From: Spirochaetia bacterium | GTDB taxonomy: Bacteria; Spirochaetota; Spirochaetia; SZUA-6; Bin103 | Assembly (NCBI GenBank): GCA_965203905.1 | Contig: CBDBDQ010000005.1 | Coordinates: 5,440,001 to 5,504,000 of the forward strand | DNA length: 64,000 bases | Direction: 5' to 3' | Shown: positions 38,082-49,400 of the stretch, in pieces | How positions within the stretch are numbered: the stretch's first letter is position 1 | Layout: every line of letters starts with the position of its first letter | Program-made: the position numbers and the translations under genes | Notes under the pieces: model-generated | Database searches by the model: none | What the model was told of the DNA's origin: nothing | Seen by the model: the letters and a program-made list of their open reading frames with translations, nothing else

Positions 38082-39482
38082 GTGAGGCTGGCTTTTCTCA
38101 ACCGACAGCGTGAGTTGACCAGGCTGCGCCGTGCGTTGGCGCGCCCGGGCGAGTCGCTGATCGTCGTCTACGGGCGGCGCCGGTGCGGCAAGTCGCGGCT
38201 GCTGCAGGAGGCGCTGCGCGAACACCGGCACGTGTACTACGTGGCCGACTTGAGCGCCGCCGGTATCCAGCGCCAGGCGCTGGCGGTGGAGATGGAGCGG
38301 GTTGTGCCGGGCTTTGCCACCGCATCCTATCCTGATTGGACAGCGCTCCTGGAAACCTGGTGTGCGCGGGCGCCTGACGGCGCCTGGCTGGTATTGGATG
38401 AGTTGCCGTATCTGGTGCAGGTCTCCCCGGCGCTTCCGAGCATCATTCAAAAGCTGATCGACGCGCCACGCACCGGGTCGCCGCGGCTGCTGCTGTGTGG
38501 TTCTTCACAACGCATGATGCACGGCCTGGTCCTGGACGAGACCGCGCCGCTGTACGGCAGAGCCGCGGAGATCATCAGGGTCACCCCCATGCCGCCTGCC
38601 GCGCTGCGGGATGCGCTGCAGCTGGACCCGGAACAGAGCGTGGTTGCGTATTCCATATGGGGAGGGTTGCCGCGCAACTGGGAGCTGGCGGCGGACTACG
38701 GCTCCACGGCGGAGGCGATCTCGGCACTCATCCTGGACCGCAACGGCGTGCTGCACGGGGAACCGTCCCGTCTGCTGCTTGACGATGGGCGCAGCATCGT
38801 ACAGGCCAACTCGCTGCTGGCACTGATCGGCGCAGAGTGCCACCGTATAAGCGAGATCGGTGGGCGTCTCGGCCAGCCGGCGACCAGCCTGACCCGTCCG
38901 CTGAGCCGGCTGATCGAGCTTGGCTACGTCCGGCGCGAACTCCCGTTTGGCGAGAGTACGCGGTCCACGAAACGCACCGCGTATCGTCTGGATGATCCGT
39001 TTCTGCTGTTCTGGTATCGATTCGTGGCGCCCAACCGTTCCCGTCTGGAGGCCGATCTCATCGCGCCGGTATACGCCGACGTGCGCACGCGACTCGCGGG
39101 CCACGTAGCGGAGGTGTGGGAGTGGCTGGCGCGAGATTCCGTGGCTCGCATGACGCTGCACGGCATGGACTGGAACCCCGCTGCGCGCTGGTGGGGCCGA
39201 GGTTCCGATGGGGTGCCACTGGAGCTCGACGTCGTGGCCGAGTCCTCTGACCGGCGCCATCTGCTCGTCGGAGAGGTGAAGTGGACGGACCGTTTCCGCC
39301 CGGCGAGCGTGCTTGCCGACCTCAAGCGCAAGGCGCAGCAGTTGCCGTTCCGCCGCGGCCGGCGGGTGCACTTTGCACTGTGGATGAAGCGCACTGCCGC
39401 CACCGCGGTGGATGGAGTGCCCGTCATCGGGCCGGACACCGTGCTGGACCGAACGGCAGGAGGGAAAGCGCGCGCTCACTGA
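38082..39482 (+). CDS. Archaeal-type AAA/DEXX-box ATPase with wHTH and C-terminal PD-(D/E)xK domain (DUF234-like)
   Basis: FLNRQREL, YGRRRCGKS, LVLDE, CGSS, DPFLLFWYRF, ELDVVA...GEVKW. Confidence 0.88.
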   Translation: MRLAFLNRQRELTRLRRALARPGESLIVVYGRRRCGKSRLLQEALREHRHVYYVADLSAAGIQRQALAVEMERVVPGFATASYPDWTALLETWCARAPDGAWLVLDELPYLVQVSPALPSIIQKLIDAPRTGSPRLLLCGSSQRMMHGLVLDETAPLYGRAAEIIRVTPMPPAALRDALQLDPEQSVVAYSIWGGLPRNWELAADYGSTAEAISALILDRNGVLHGEPSRLLLDDGRSIVQANSLLALIGAECHRISEIGGRLGQPATSLTRPLSRLIELGYVRRELPFGESTRSTKRTAYRLDDPFLLFWYRFVAPNRSRLEADLIAPVYADVRTRLAGHVAEVWEWLARDSVARMTLHGMDWNPAARWWGRGSDGVPLELDVVAESSDRRHLLVGEVKWTDRFRPASVLADLKRKAQQLPFRRGRRVHFALWMKRTAATAVDGVPVIGPDTVLDRTAGGKARAH

Positions 39483-39618
39483 GTTGGCCGTGGAGGACGA
39501 TCTGGACGTGGGACCTTCCAGAGCGTCTATCGGTCCGCACCGTCGCGCGTGGCCTGCAATGCTCCCGTGCTGTTGGGGGAGACCCTCCGGTTGGTATGAG
39601 AAAGTTGCCGATATGACC

Positions 39619-39646
39619 TCAAGGCGTTCCGGACATTTGCCGATAT
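39619..39646 (+). promoter_or_regulatory. Putative sigma28 (FliA/SigD-type) promoter
   Basis: TCAA-N16-GCCGATAT; a second GCCGATAT lies at 39607. Confidence 0.5.
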
Positions 39647-39651
39647 AGAAA

Positions 39652-39726
39652 AGTGAGGGCGTTACGCTCCTTGAGAGTTGCGAAGCCGCCGGGGTTTTTT
39701 CTTCTCCTTACCCGGCGGCTTTTTTT
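39652..39726 (+). ncRNA. Candidate small RNA of about 75 nt
   Basis: Lies between a sigma28-like promoter and an intrinsic terminator; no ORF; CU-rich anti-SD loop. Confidence 0.35.
39683..39726 (+). terminator. Intrinsic terminator
   Basis: AAGCCGCCGGG / CCCGGCGGCTT stem, 17-nt loop, T7 run on the + strand. Confidence 0.8.
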
Positions 39727-39737
39727 GTCGGTTCGGG

Positions 39738-40601
39738 TCAGCCCTTGACGGCGCCCATGGTCATGCCGGCGATGAAGTAGCGCTGGAAGAACAGAAACAC
39801 CAGCAGGGTAGGCAGGCTGGCGAGCAGCGACAGGGCGCCCTGCACCCCCCACGCAACCGTGTACTGCCCGCGCAGGGACACGATCCCCAGCATGATGGTG
39901 CGCTTGTTGTCGCTCTGGGTGAAGATCAGCGGCCACAGGAAGTCGTTCCAGATCCAGGTGAACTGCAGGGTGCCCAGCACGGCCAGGGCTGGCAGGCTGA
40001 CCGGCAGTGCGACGCGGGTCAGCACGCGCCACTCGCTGGCGCCCTCGACGATGGCGGCTTCGCGCAGCGCTCCGGGCACCGTGGCGAAGAAGTTGCGCAT
40101 CAGCAGGGTGCAAATCGGGATGCCCATGGCGACGTGGACGATGATCATCGGCCACAGGGTGTCGAGCAGGCCGAGCCGGTTGAACATGCGGAACAGCGGA
40201 ATCAGGACGATCTGCGGCGGGAAGAACATCCCCGACACGATCACGATGAACAGCAGTTCGCTGCCGCGGAAGGGCAGCTTGGAGAACACGTACCCGGCGA
40301 GGATGCCGAGCGTGATCGAGCCGGCGGTGGCCGGCGCCGTGACCAGGAACGTGTTGATGAAATAGTGCTTGACCGACGGATGCGAGAGCGCCACCGCGAA
40401 GTTGGACAGGTCGAGGGTGCGCGGGATTGCCCAAAGGGTGCCGAAGGCGATGTCGCGGGTGCTCTTCAGCGCGCTCAGGATCACCCCCAGCGTCGGCATC
40501 AGGAACAGCAGCGCCAGCAGCGTGAGGGCGCCGAGCAGCACGCCGATCCAGGGTGAGATCCGCCGCCGCCGGTCCGGCGCCGTCACCGCAACGTCAGTCA
40601 T
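39738..40601 (-). CDS. Carbohydrate ABC permease (MalG-like)
   Basis: EAAIVEGAS, WNDFLWPL, QRYFIAGMTMGAVKG. Confidence 0.92.
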   Translation of the reverse strand: MTDVAVTAPDRRRRISPWIGVLLGALTLLALLFLMPTLGVILSALKSTRDIAFGTLWAIPRTLDLSNFAVALSHPSVKHYFINTFLVTAPATAGSITLGILAGYVFSKLPFRGSELLFIVIVSGMFFPPQIVLIPLFRMFNRLGLLDTLWPMIIVHVAMGIPICTLLMRNFFATVPGALREAAIVEGASEWRVLTRVALPVSLPALAVLGTLQFTWIWNDFLWPLIFTQSDNKRTIMLGIVSLRGQYTVAWGVQGALSLLASLPTLLVFLFFQRYFIAGMTMGAVKG

Positions 40602-41475
40602 ACAGCTCGTCCAGTTTCCTGAGCTGGCGGAAGTAGATGGTGATCACGCTCAGCGTCATCAGGAACAGTATCACCGAGATCGAGCTGCCGTAGCCGATCC
40701 GGTACTTCTTGAACGACTCGCTGTACATGTACATCGCCAGGGTGTCGGAGGAATGGAACGGTCCGCCGCCGGTCATGATGAACAGGATGTCGAACGCCTT
40801 CAGCGAGTTGATCACGCTCAGCGCCACCGCCACCACCGTGGCCGGGCGCAGCAACGCCAGCACCACGTAGCGGATGCGCTGCCCGCGGGACGCGCCCTCG
40901 ATCTCCGCCGCTTCCAGCAGGTAGGTGGGAATCGAGGTGAGGCCGGCCAGAAAGATCACCATCGCCAGCCCCATCTGCTGCCACGACCAGGCGACGATCA
41001 CCGAGTAGAGGGCGGTCTCCGGCTCCGCCAGCCAGGCGAAGGTGGGCGGCGCCCCGGTCACCGCCTCGATGCCGGCGTTGAGCAGCCCCCAGTCGGGCTG
41101 GTAGATCCAGATCCAGATCTGTCCCACCACCACGGCGGCCAGGCAGATCGGCAGGTAGAAGATCGACTTGAACGCTTTGCCGAGGGGCACCTGAGTGTCG
41201 AGCATCAGCGCCAGGATCAGTCCTCCGGCGGTGGGTAGCACGATCGCCAGGGCGGTCCAGATCAGCGTATTGACCGTGGCGTTGGTGAACAGGCGGTCGG
41301 TCACCACGCCGGCGAAGTTGTCCAGCCCCACGAACCGGTAGTCGCGGCTGAAGCCGCTCCAGTCCGTGAAGCTGTAGTAGAAGCTGTTGAGCAGCGGCCA
41401 GATGACGAATGCGGCGAACACCGCCAGCGGCAGGAACAGCAGCGCGATCCGCCAGAACGCCTCTTTGCGCTTCAT
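40594..41475 (-). CDS. Carbohydrate ABC permease (MalF-like)
   Basis: SFTDW..FVGLDNF, EAAEIEGAS, TGGGP. Confidence 0.92.
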   Translation of the reverse strand: MKRKEAFWRIALLFLPLAVFAAFVIWPLLNSFYYSFTDWSGFSRDYRFVGLDNFAGVVTDRLFTNATVNTLIWTALAIVLPTAGGLILALMLDTQVPLGKAFKSIFYLPICLAAVVVGQIWIWIYQPDWGLLNAGIEAVTGAPPTFAWLAEPETALYSVIVAWSWQQMGLAMVIFLAGLTSIPTYLLEAAEIEGASRGQRIRYVVLALLRPATVVAVALSVINSLKAFDILFIMTGGGPFHSSDTLAMYMYSESFKKYRIGYGSSISVILFLMTLSVITIYFRQLRKLDELYD

Positions 41476-41570
41476 CGTCCGGCCTGGGGGAGAGGGCTGC
41501 GCCGCGCGCCGTTGCAGCCCGATTGCACGCTCGGGCGCAGCCTCTCCGGCAATCTACCTGTCTGTCCTGC

Positions 41571-42911
41571 CTAACTGTCGAACACGCCGCGGACACCCTC
41601 TTCGGTGTCGGCGAGGTGCTGCATGTAGTCAGCCGGGCTGTCCATGAAACGGGCGAACATGTCCAGGCCGAACTCCGCCGCGGGCGGCGTCGTCGCCAGG
41701 TCGTAGTTGAAGGCGAAGGTGTCGGCGTTGTTCACCGCCTCCAGGGCGCGCGTCATCACCGGTGTATAGATGCTCTCGTCCACGTTGACGTTGGGAGACA
41801 GCGCGCCCTGGATCTGCGCCCACTTGGCCTGCGACTCGGGATCGCTGGCCATGAACGCGACCAGCGCCTCGGCGTTTTCCCGGTTCTCGGCGTCGGCCGA
41901 GATCAGCCAGCCGTCCACCGGCCCTACCACCGCGTTGGCGACTCCGTCATCGATCGCAGGGAACTCGAAGAAGTCGTAGTCGTCCCCGGCCATCAGGCCC
42001 TGGCCGTTCCAGTAGCCGGTGATCCAGGTGCCCATCAGTGTCATCGCCGCATCGCCGCGCGCCACCTTGTCGGAAGCGTCGGTCCAGTCGTCGGCGTTGG
42101 CGTTGGCGGCGAAGTAGCCGGCGTCGACCAAGTCCTTCCACAACTCCATCGCCCGCTGCACCTCGGGGTCGGTGTAGGAGGCGTCGCCGGCCATCAGGGC
42201 GGCGCGGTAGTCGGGACCGGCGGTGCGCAGCAGCAGGTAGTCGAACCAGAACTGGCCCGGCCAGCGGAACTTGGAGCCGAGCGCGATCGGGGTGATGCCC
42301 TGCGCCTTGAGGTCCGCGCACAGTGCCAGGAACCCGTCCCAGTCGGTCGGGAACTCGGTAACTCCCGCCTCGGCCATCACCTTGGCGTTGTAGAACATGC
42401 CGGCGTAGTGGTAGCCGAACGGCACCAGGTAGCGGCTGCTGTTGTAGTTGGTGGCACCGTCCGCCACCGACTTGGCCACCACGGAGCCGAGACCGTACGA
42501 GGCCCACATGGTATCGATGGTGGCGAGACTGCCGCCATCGACCACGAACTGCGTCCGGGCACCGGCCCAGTAGCTGAACACGTCCGGCAGGTTGCCGCCG
42601 GCGGCGCGAACCAGGATGCCGTCCTTGAAGTCCTCGTGACCGATCGGACTGTCGACCACGGTGACCCCGGTCTGCTCCTTGAAGCTGGCGAAGATCTCCT
42701 CCAGCCCGGCGCGTCCGAGATCGCCGCCGAAGTAGTGGGTGATGGTGACTTCGCCGGGGCCGGCGCTCTCCATCTCCGCGGTCGCCCACGCGAAGCTCGC
42801 GAGCAGGCTGAACGCGCAGGCGAGTGCGGCGATCTTCGCCGCGGTCGTGACCCGCGTGCCGCCGCGGGTGCTGCCGGCGTGTCCGGCAGTGATAGACCCT
42901 GAATGTTGCAT
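41571..42911 (-). CDS. Carbohydrate ABC substrate-binding protein (family 1)
   Basis: PDVFSYW, YLVPFG..FYN, GITPIALG, AAMTLMGTW; AGGAGG RBS before ATG 42911. Confidence 0.9.
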   Translation of the reverse strand: MQHSGSITAGHAGSTRGGTRVTTAAKIAALACAFSLLASFAWATAEMESAGPGEVTITHYFGGDLGRAGLEEIFASFKEQTGVTVVDSPIGHEDFKDGILVRAAGGNLPDVFSYWAGARTQFVVDGGSLATIDTMWASYGLGSVVAKSVADGATNYNSSRYLVPFGYHYAGMFYNAKVMAEAGVTEFPTDWDGFLALCADLKAQGITPIALGSKFRWPGQFWFDYLLLRTAGPDYRAALMAGDASYTDPEVQRAMELWKDLVDAGYFAANANADDWTDASDKVARGDAAMTLMGTWITGYWNGQGLMAGDDYDFFEFPAIDDGVANAVVGPVDGWLISADAENRENAEALVAFMASDPESQAKWAQIQGALSPNVNVDESIYTPVMTRALEAVNNADTFAFNYDLATTPPAAEFGLDMFARFMDSPADYMQHLADTEEGVRGVFDS

Positions 42912-42933
42912 CGAGGGTACCCTCCTGCGCGCT

Positions 42934-42963
42934 GTTATGGTGCCGATTCGGTCCACCTGTCAA
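42934..42963 (-). promoter_or_regulatory. sigma70 promoter of the sugar ABC operon
   Basis: TTGACA-N18-CATAAC directly upstream of the AGGAGG RBS. Confidence 0.6.
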
Positions 42964-43451
42964 CGCGGGTCGAGCAGGGGCACCGTGATGCCGGCGCGTG
43001 GGGGAGCCCCCGGCACCCGCTCAGGCACGCCCGTGCCGGGCATCAGCGGCGGCCGCAGGCAGCTCTTCAGTGCTCGAACGGTAGGGGAGCCGCCACGGCG
43101 AAAGCGGACCGCCGGGCCATGCGAGTCCGGGCCAGGCACTCCTGGAAAGACTGGTAGTAGACAATTGGGATCGAATGCTCTGGCCACTTGGGTGCGAAGT
43201 TGCCGCCATAGTATGAGTGTAACCCCGGGTACGTTGTGAGCGCTTGCTCACCGCAAGAATTCCCAAAAAAACCATCCAACAATTCGTCAAAGTGCACGCA
43301 TTGGCGCCCACCGGAGGCGTGAGTAAACGCTCGGAACGGCGTGCGGCATCAGACGAATGAACCACGCATCGGGCACTGAAAGATACTCCGATAGACCCTC
43401 GCCAAGTCCACGGAGCGCTCAAGGAACCCGCGTTACGGGTCGAAAAGGAGC

Positions 43452-46400
43452 GTGGACAGTAACCAGTGGATCAAGATGCGTATCGTTATCAACGACACGC
43501 GTGAGCGCACCTCACGGCGTGTCCGTACGCCCATTGCGGCGTCTCTTTTTGGCAAGAAAACAGCTTCTCCGGTGCCCCATGGCGCAGCCGCTGACGCTCG
43601 AGACCCTTTGCCCGGTTCTTCCGGAGCGCCGGACGTATTTCCTGACAACACTTCCAGGTCGCCGTCCGGCAATTACGTAGCGGCGCACCTGCCAAGCCCC
43701 CGGATACGCTCCGGGAATCTCTGGAAATACCCTCGCGCGCGCGCATTGCGCGCCCTGCTCATGGTCGCCGCGTTCGGCGCGGGGCACGTCGTACACGCCC
43801 AACCAGATGCCGAATCCGGCCCACCGACTGCCTCGCATGCCGCGTTCGGCGGCTCCGGGATGGCGCAACTCGGCAGTCGTCCGCTGCCCCACGTGCAGCT
43901 TCCGGACAGCACGGTGCCGGGCAGCGACCTCCTGCGCCGAGCTCTGCTGACGACCGGCACCGCCGTCTCCACGACAGCCAATCCGCGGATCGTGGAGGTG
44001 AGCCTCGACTCCGACTTCGGGAACCGGCGCTGGTACCCGCCGCGGCGCCGGATCGCGGTAGCGGTGAAGTTCGACCGCCCGGTGCGGGTCAGCACATTCG
44101 CCGGAACGCCGTGGATAGGGCTCAGCCTGGGAACCCAGCCGCTCGGCCGCGCGAGCTACGTGGCCGGCTCCGGATCGAAGGAGTTGATCTTTCATCTGGT
44201 GGTCGCGGACCGGAACCAGGACCTCGATGCGGTCGCGGTGGCGGCGAACTCCTTGAATCTGAACGGCGGCCTTATCCGGCAGCGGGCTTCGCTGGTGGAT
44301 GCGAGCCTGGCTCACGGCGCGGTGGCGGGGAGACTGGACAATGCGATCACTCGGTTGGAGACCCCCTTCGTCACTGACCTGGTCGCTGGGGCGGACGGCC
44401 CGCACCACGCCGTCGAAGGTCAGCCGCCTTCGGCCGAGGTGATCTTCGGTCGGGATCTCGCGCTGGCGTCCGGCAGTGTGCGGACCCCGCTCCCCGGGCT
44501 CGACTTCCAGAGTGAAGTGCGGCTTGCCCGCCACCCTGGCGCCGCACCTGCCGGGATGGCGGCGGCGGCGACCCCTCAGGCCCACGTCGACCAGTTGCGA
44601 GCCGCCGAGTCGGTGCTCGCCGCGGCACGCAGTTACCGCGTTGCGCCCGCCGGCAGCGAAGAGGCGGCCGCAAGCTCCAACACCCTGAGGGCAGCCAGTT
44701 CCCCGCCAAGAACCCCCTTTCTGTCCGCGTTCGCATATGGACAGTCGCGGATCGCTCTTCAATGGAGCAATTTGAGGGACAACAGAGTCACCGAGTATAT
44801 GCTCGAATTCTCCGATGATGGCGAGACAACCTGGGAGACCCTGCCCTACGTGGACGGCGAGGGAACCGAGCACGACACGCATCCCCCGGCCACCCGGCCG
44901 ACGAGCAACAAGTTCGACGACGACGGACTCGACCCCGGCACCACCCGCCACTACCGGGTCAAGGCGCTTACCAGCGATCCAGCAGTAGAGAGTGAGTGGT
45001 CGCGGGTGGTGAGTGCGACCACCAATTCCATGGTGTCGGTTGCTGAATGCAGCGCGGCGTTCTGGTCGGCCGAGATTACCGTGAGCGAGTTCGGGGCGTT
45101 CAACTACCTGGGTTTCCGCATCGATGGTGGGACTCCGAATGGTGACGGATCGATCTCCGACGGCGACTTCACGCTGGGAGCGACCGAGTACACGGTCACC
45201 GAGGTCTACTTTTCTGGCGGTAGGGGATACTACAACAGCCCCCCGGACTATCACTTCGCGGCCGATGACGATCCGTCGTCGGATACCGACTTTTCGCAGG
45301 CCCAGCTCGACGAGTTCAACGACCTCGTGCTGTACGTGGGCGACGTCCGTCTTCCCTTTGCCGGCGTTACCGCCCACAGCAACCAGTCGTACGGCCACGC
45401 CTACCGGTGGACTTCATACAACTACGAAGACACCTTCGGCTCCCCGGACGGCGACTACATAGTCGGCGACCGGGTGCCGGTGTGTCTGATCGACACCTCG
45501 CCACGGGTAACGCTGAAGCTGACCCCCGATTCGATCAGCGAGAACGGCGGCGCCAGCACCGTGACGGCTACCGTGAGCAGCGCGTCGAGCACCCCGTTTG
45601 CCGTGACCGTTTCGGCGGCGGCGGTTTCGCCGGCAACTGCGAACGACTTCACCTTGAGCAGCAACAAGGTGCTGAGCTTCGCCGCCAACGCCACCGAGAG
45701 CACCGGCACCGTGACCATCACCGCGCGGAACAACACGCTGGATGCGCCCGACAAGACAATCACGGTGTCAGGCAGCGTTCCCGACAGCGCTCCGGCGAAG
45801 GCCCCGGCAGACGTGACCCTGGCTATCACCGACGACGAGGAACTGACGCTGAGCGTTACGGCGAGCCCGGACACGATCGCGGAGAACGGGGGCACAAGCA
45901 CCGTGACGGTGAGCACCGGCGGCGTGACCTTCGCCATCGCTCAGACGATCGATCTGGCCTACGGCGGCACCGCTGGCAGCGGGACCGACTACGCCGCGCC
46001 GCCGGCGTCGCTGACGCTGACCGCCGGGCAGAGCACCGTTACGGCCACGTTGCGGGCGCGGGACGACGCCATCGACGATGACGCGGAGACGATCGAGATC
46101 ACGGCCACGTACGGGGGCCAGACGGCACAGGAGACGGTAACGATCACCGACGACGACGCGGCGACGCTGAGCGTGACCGCGAACCCGGACGCGATCGCGG
46201 AGGCGGGAGGTACGAGCACGGTGACGGTGAGCACCGGCGGCGTGACCTTCACCACCGCTCAGACGATCACCCTGACCTATGCCGGTACGGCGGGCAAGGG
46301 GACCGACTACGAGGAGCCCGTGGCGAGCGTGCCGCTGCCGGTCGGGGATCACACGGCAACGCTGACGTTGACGGCGAAGGACGACACGGTCGACGACGAC

Positions 46401-49400
46401 GGCGAGACGATCGAAATCACCGCTGAGCACGGAGGCCAGACGGCGCAGGACACGGTGACCATCACCGACGACGATGAGACGACACTGAGCGTGACGGCGG
46501 TGCCGGACGCGATCGCGGAGGCGGGAGGTACGAGCACGGTGACGGTGAGCACCGGCGGGGTGACCTTCGCCACCAATCAGACGATCGTGCTGGCCTATGG
46601 CGGCACGGCGGCCAACGGAACCGACTACGAGGCACCGCCGGCGACGCTGACACTGACCGCCGGAGCAAGTACGGCGACGCTGACACTGACGGCGAAGGAC
46701 GACACGATCGACGACGACGCGGAGACGATCGAGATCACTGCCACGCACGGGAGCAACACGGCGCGGGAGACGGTGACCATCACCGACGACGACGCGGTGA
46801 GGCTGAGCGTGACGGCGGTGCCGGACGCGATCGCGGAGGCGGGAGGTACATCTACCGTGACGGTGAGCACCGGCGGGGTGACCTTCGCCACCAATCAGAC
46901 GATCGCGCTGGCCTATGGCGGCACGGCGGCCAACGGAACCGACTACGAGGCACCGCCGGCGACGCTGACGCTGACGGCGGGACAGAGCACGGCGACGCTG
47001 ACGCTGACGGCGAAGGACGACACGATCGACGACGACGCGGAGACGGTCGAGATCACTGCCACGCACGGGAGCAACACGGCGCGGGAGACGGTGACGATCA
47101 CCGACGACGACGCGGTGACGGTGTCGATAGCGGACGCGGATCCCGTGGTCGAGGGTGGCACGGCCAGGTTCGTGGTGAGTTTGAGCACGTCCAGCACGAA
47201 GCAGGTGACCGTGACCTACATGACCGCGGACGGCACGGCGCTGCAGCCTGGGGACTACACGGCGGTGCCGAGCACGACGCTGGAGTTCGCGCCCGGAGAC
47301 ACGACGAAGACGATCAGCGTCGCGACCGAGGATGACGAGCTGGACGAGGAGGACGGCGAGACGTTCAAGGTGACGCTGAAGAGTCCCGTGAATGCGACGC
47401 TGGAGGATGACGAGGCCGCGGGCTCGATCGATGACAACGACGGAGAGCCGGAGCTGTCGCTCCTATCGGTAACCCGGAGTCTGTCCGAGAGCGGCGGCAG
47501 CATGACCTTCACCGTGACCCTCAGCGCCGCCAGTGGAAAGACGGTGACCGTGGACTATGCGACCGTGGCCGACACGGCGACGGCCGTCGACGACTACGTA
47601 GAGACCAGTGGCACGCTGACCTTCAAACCCGGCGCTCCCCTCAGCAGCAGCATTCTCGTGCCGATCCAGCCGGACACGCTGAACGAGGCGGACGAGACGT
47701 TCAAGCTGCGATTGAGCAACGCGGACAACGCGACGCTCGACGGTGGCGGGAGCACGCTGGATGCGACCGGAACGATCTCGGACGATGACGCCCTGCGGGC
47801 GAGGATCAGCGAGCACGCCGACAGCGTCCCCGAGGGAACGGCGGCGACGTTTACGGTGACGCTGTCGAGCACTCCTGCCGGTGTCGAGAGCACGGCCGAC
47901 GTGGTGGTGGTCTACACGTTGGGTGGCACTGCCACCAGCGCCGACTACACCGCACCGAGCGATCTCAAGCTGACGATCGGTTCCGGGGAGTCGAGCGGCA
48001 CGATCACCATTCCGACCAGCACCGACAGCGTGCTGGACCCGGGCGAGACGATCGTGGTGACGCTGACGTCGGCAAGCACGGCGGGCGCGGTGACGGTGGA
48101 CGCGACGGCGGCGACGACGACGCTGGTGGAGGACGGCACCGAGACGGTGTCGGTGGCGGCGGCGACGGCCACCGAGGGGAACGCGGCGAATTTCGTGGTG
48201 ACGCTGTCAGGTGCGGTGAGCAGCGCGGTGGAGGTGTCCTACGAGACCAGCGACGGGAGCGCCGAGGCCGGCAGCGACTACACCGGCGTCAACGACACGC
48301 TGACCTTCAGGGTGGGCGAGAGCCTGCAGCAGACGATCGCGGTGACCACGACCGACGACACGCTCAACGAGGCAACCGAGAACTTCACGCTGACGCTGAC
48401 GTCGATTACGCAGGTGGCTGGTTTGCGCCTGGGGACGGCGAATGCGACCGGTGAGATCACGGACAACGACGCGCTGGAAGCGGAGGTGAGCGCGGATGCG
48501 ACGGAGGTGGACGAAGGCAATCCGGCGACGTTCACGGTGAGCCTGACGGCGGGAATCGAGAGCACGGCGCCGGTGGAGGTGCGCTACACGGTAGGGGGCA
48601 CGGCGGGCAGCCACGACTACACCGCACCGAGCGGCACGTTGGTGATTGCGAAGGGAGAATCGAGCGGCACGATCACGATCGCGATTGACGACGACGACGT
48701 GGTGGATCCGGGCGAGACGCTGGAGGTGACGCTGAGCGCGGCGACGACGGCGACGCGGACGGTGACGGTGGACACCACGGCAGCGGCGAGCACCACGATC
48801 ACGGACACCGACACGGCGACGATTTCGATTGCGGAAGCGGCGGCGGTGGGCGAAGGTGAGACGGCGCGCTTCGTGGTAACACTGTCGTTGCCGGTGGCGA
48901 GCGCGGTCGAGGTCTCCTATGAATCCTCCGACGGGACGGCCACGGCGGGCAGCGACTACACGCGCGCCAGCGGTACGCTGACCTTCGGACCGGGTAAGAG
49001 CCTGCAACAGACGATCGCGGTGGACGCGACCGACGACAAGCTCAACGAGGCAAGCGAGGACTTTACGCTGGCGCTGACGTCGATTACGCAGGTGGCCGGC
49101 CTGAGTCTGGGGACGGCGAGCGCGACCGGTGAAATAACGGACAACGACGCGCTGGCGGCGAGGGTGAGCGCTGACGCCACCGATGTCGACGAAGGCAGCG
49201 CGGCGAAGTTCACGGTGAATCTTACGGCCGGCATCGAGAGCACGGCACCGGTGGAGGTGCGCTATACCGTTGGGGGGACGGCGGGCAGCGACGACTACAC
49301 CGCGCCGAGCGGAACGCTGGTGATCGCGCAGGGAGACGCGAGCGGCACCATCACCATCGACATTGCGGATGATGACGTGCTGGACCCGGACGAGACGATC

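Noticed and set aside
38082-39482. ATPase-nuclease fusion as a new defence system
   Set aside because: Widespread stand-alone DUF234-type architecture with no partner gene here; nothing distinguishing seen
39738-42911. Missing ATPase in the sugar ABC operon as a novelty
   Set aside because: CUT1 carbohydrate transporters commonly share a MalK/MsmX-type ATPase encoded elsewhere
43080-43140. Possible c-di-GMP riboswitch (CGAAAG) upstream of the adhesin
   Set aside because: The flanking GGCAAA/GACGCAAA elements and paired stems could not be found
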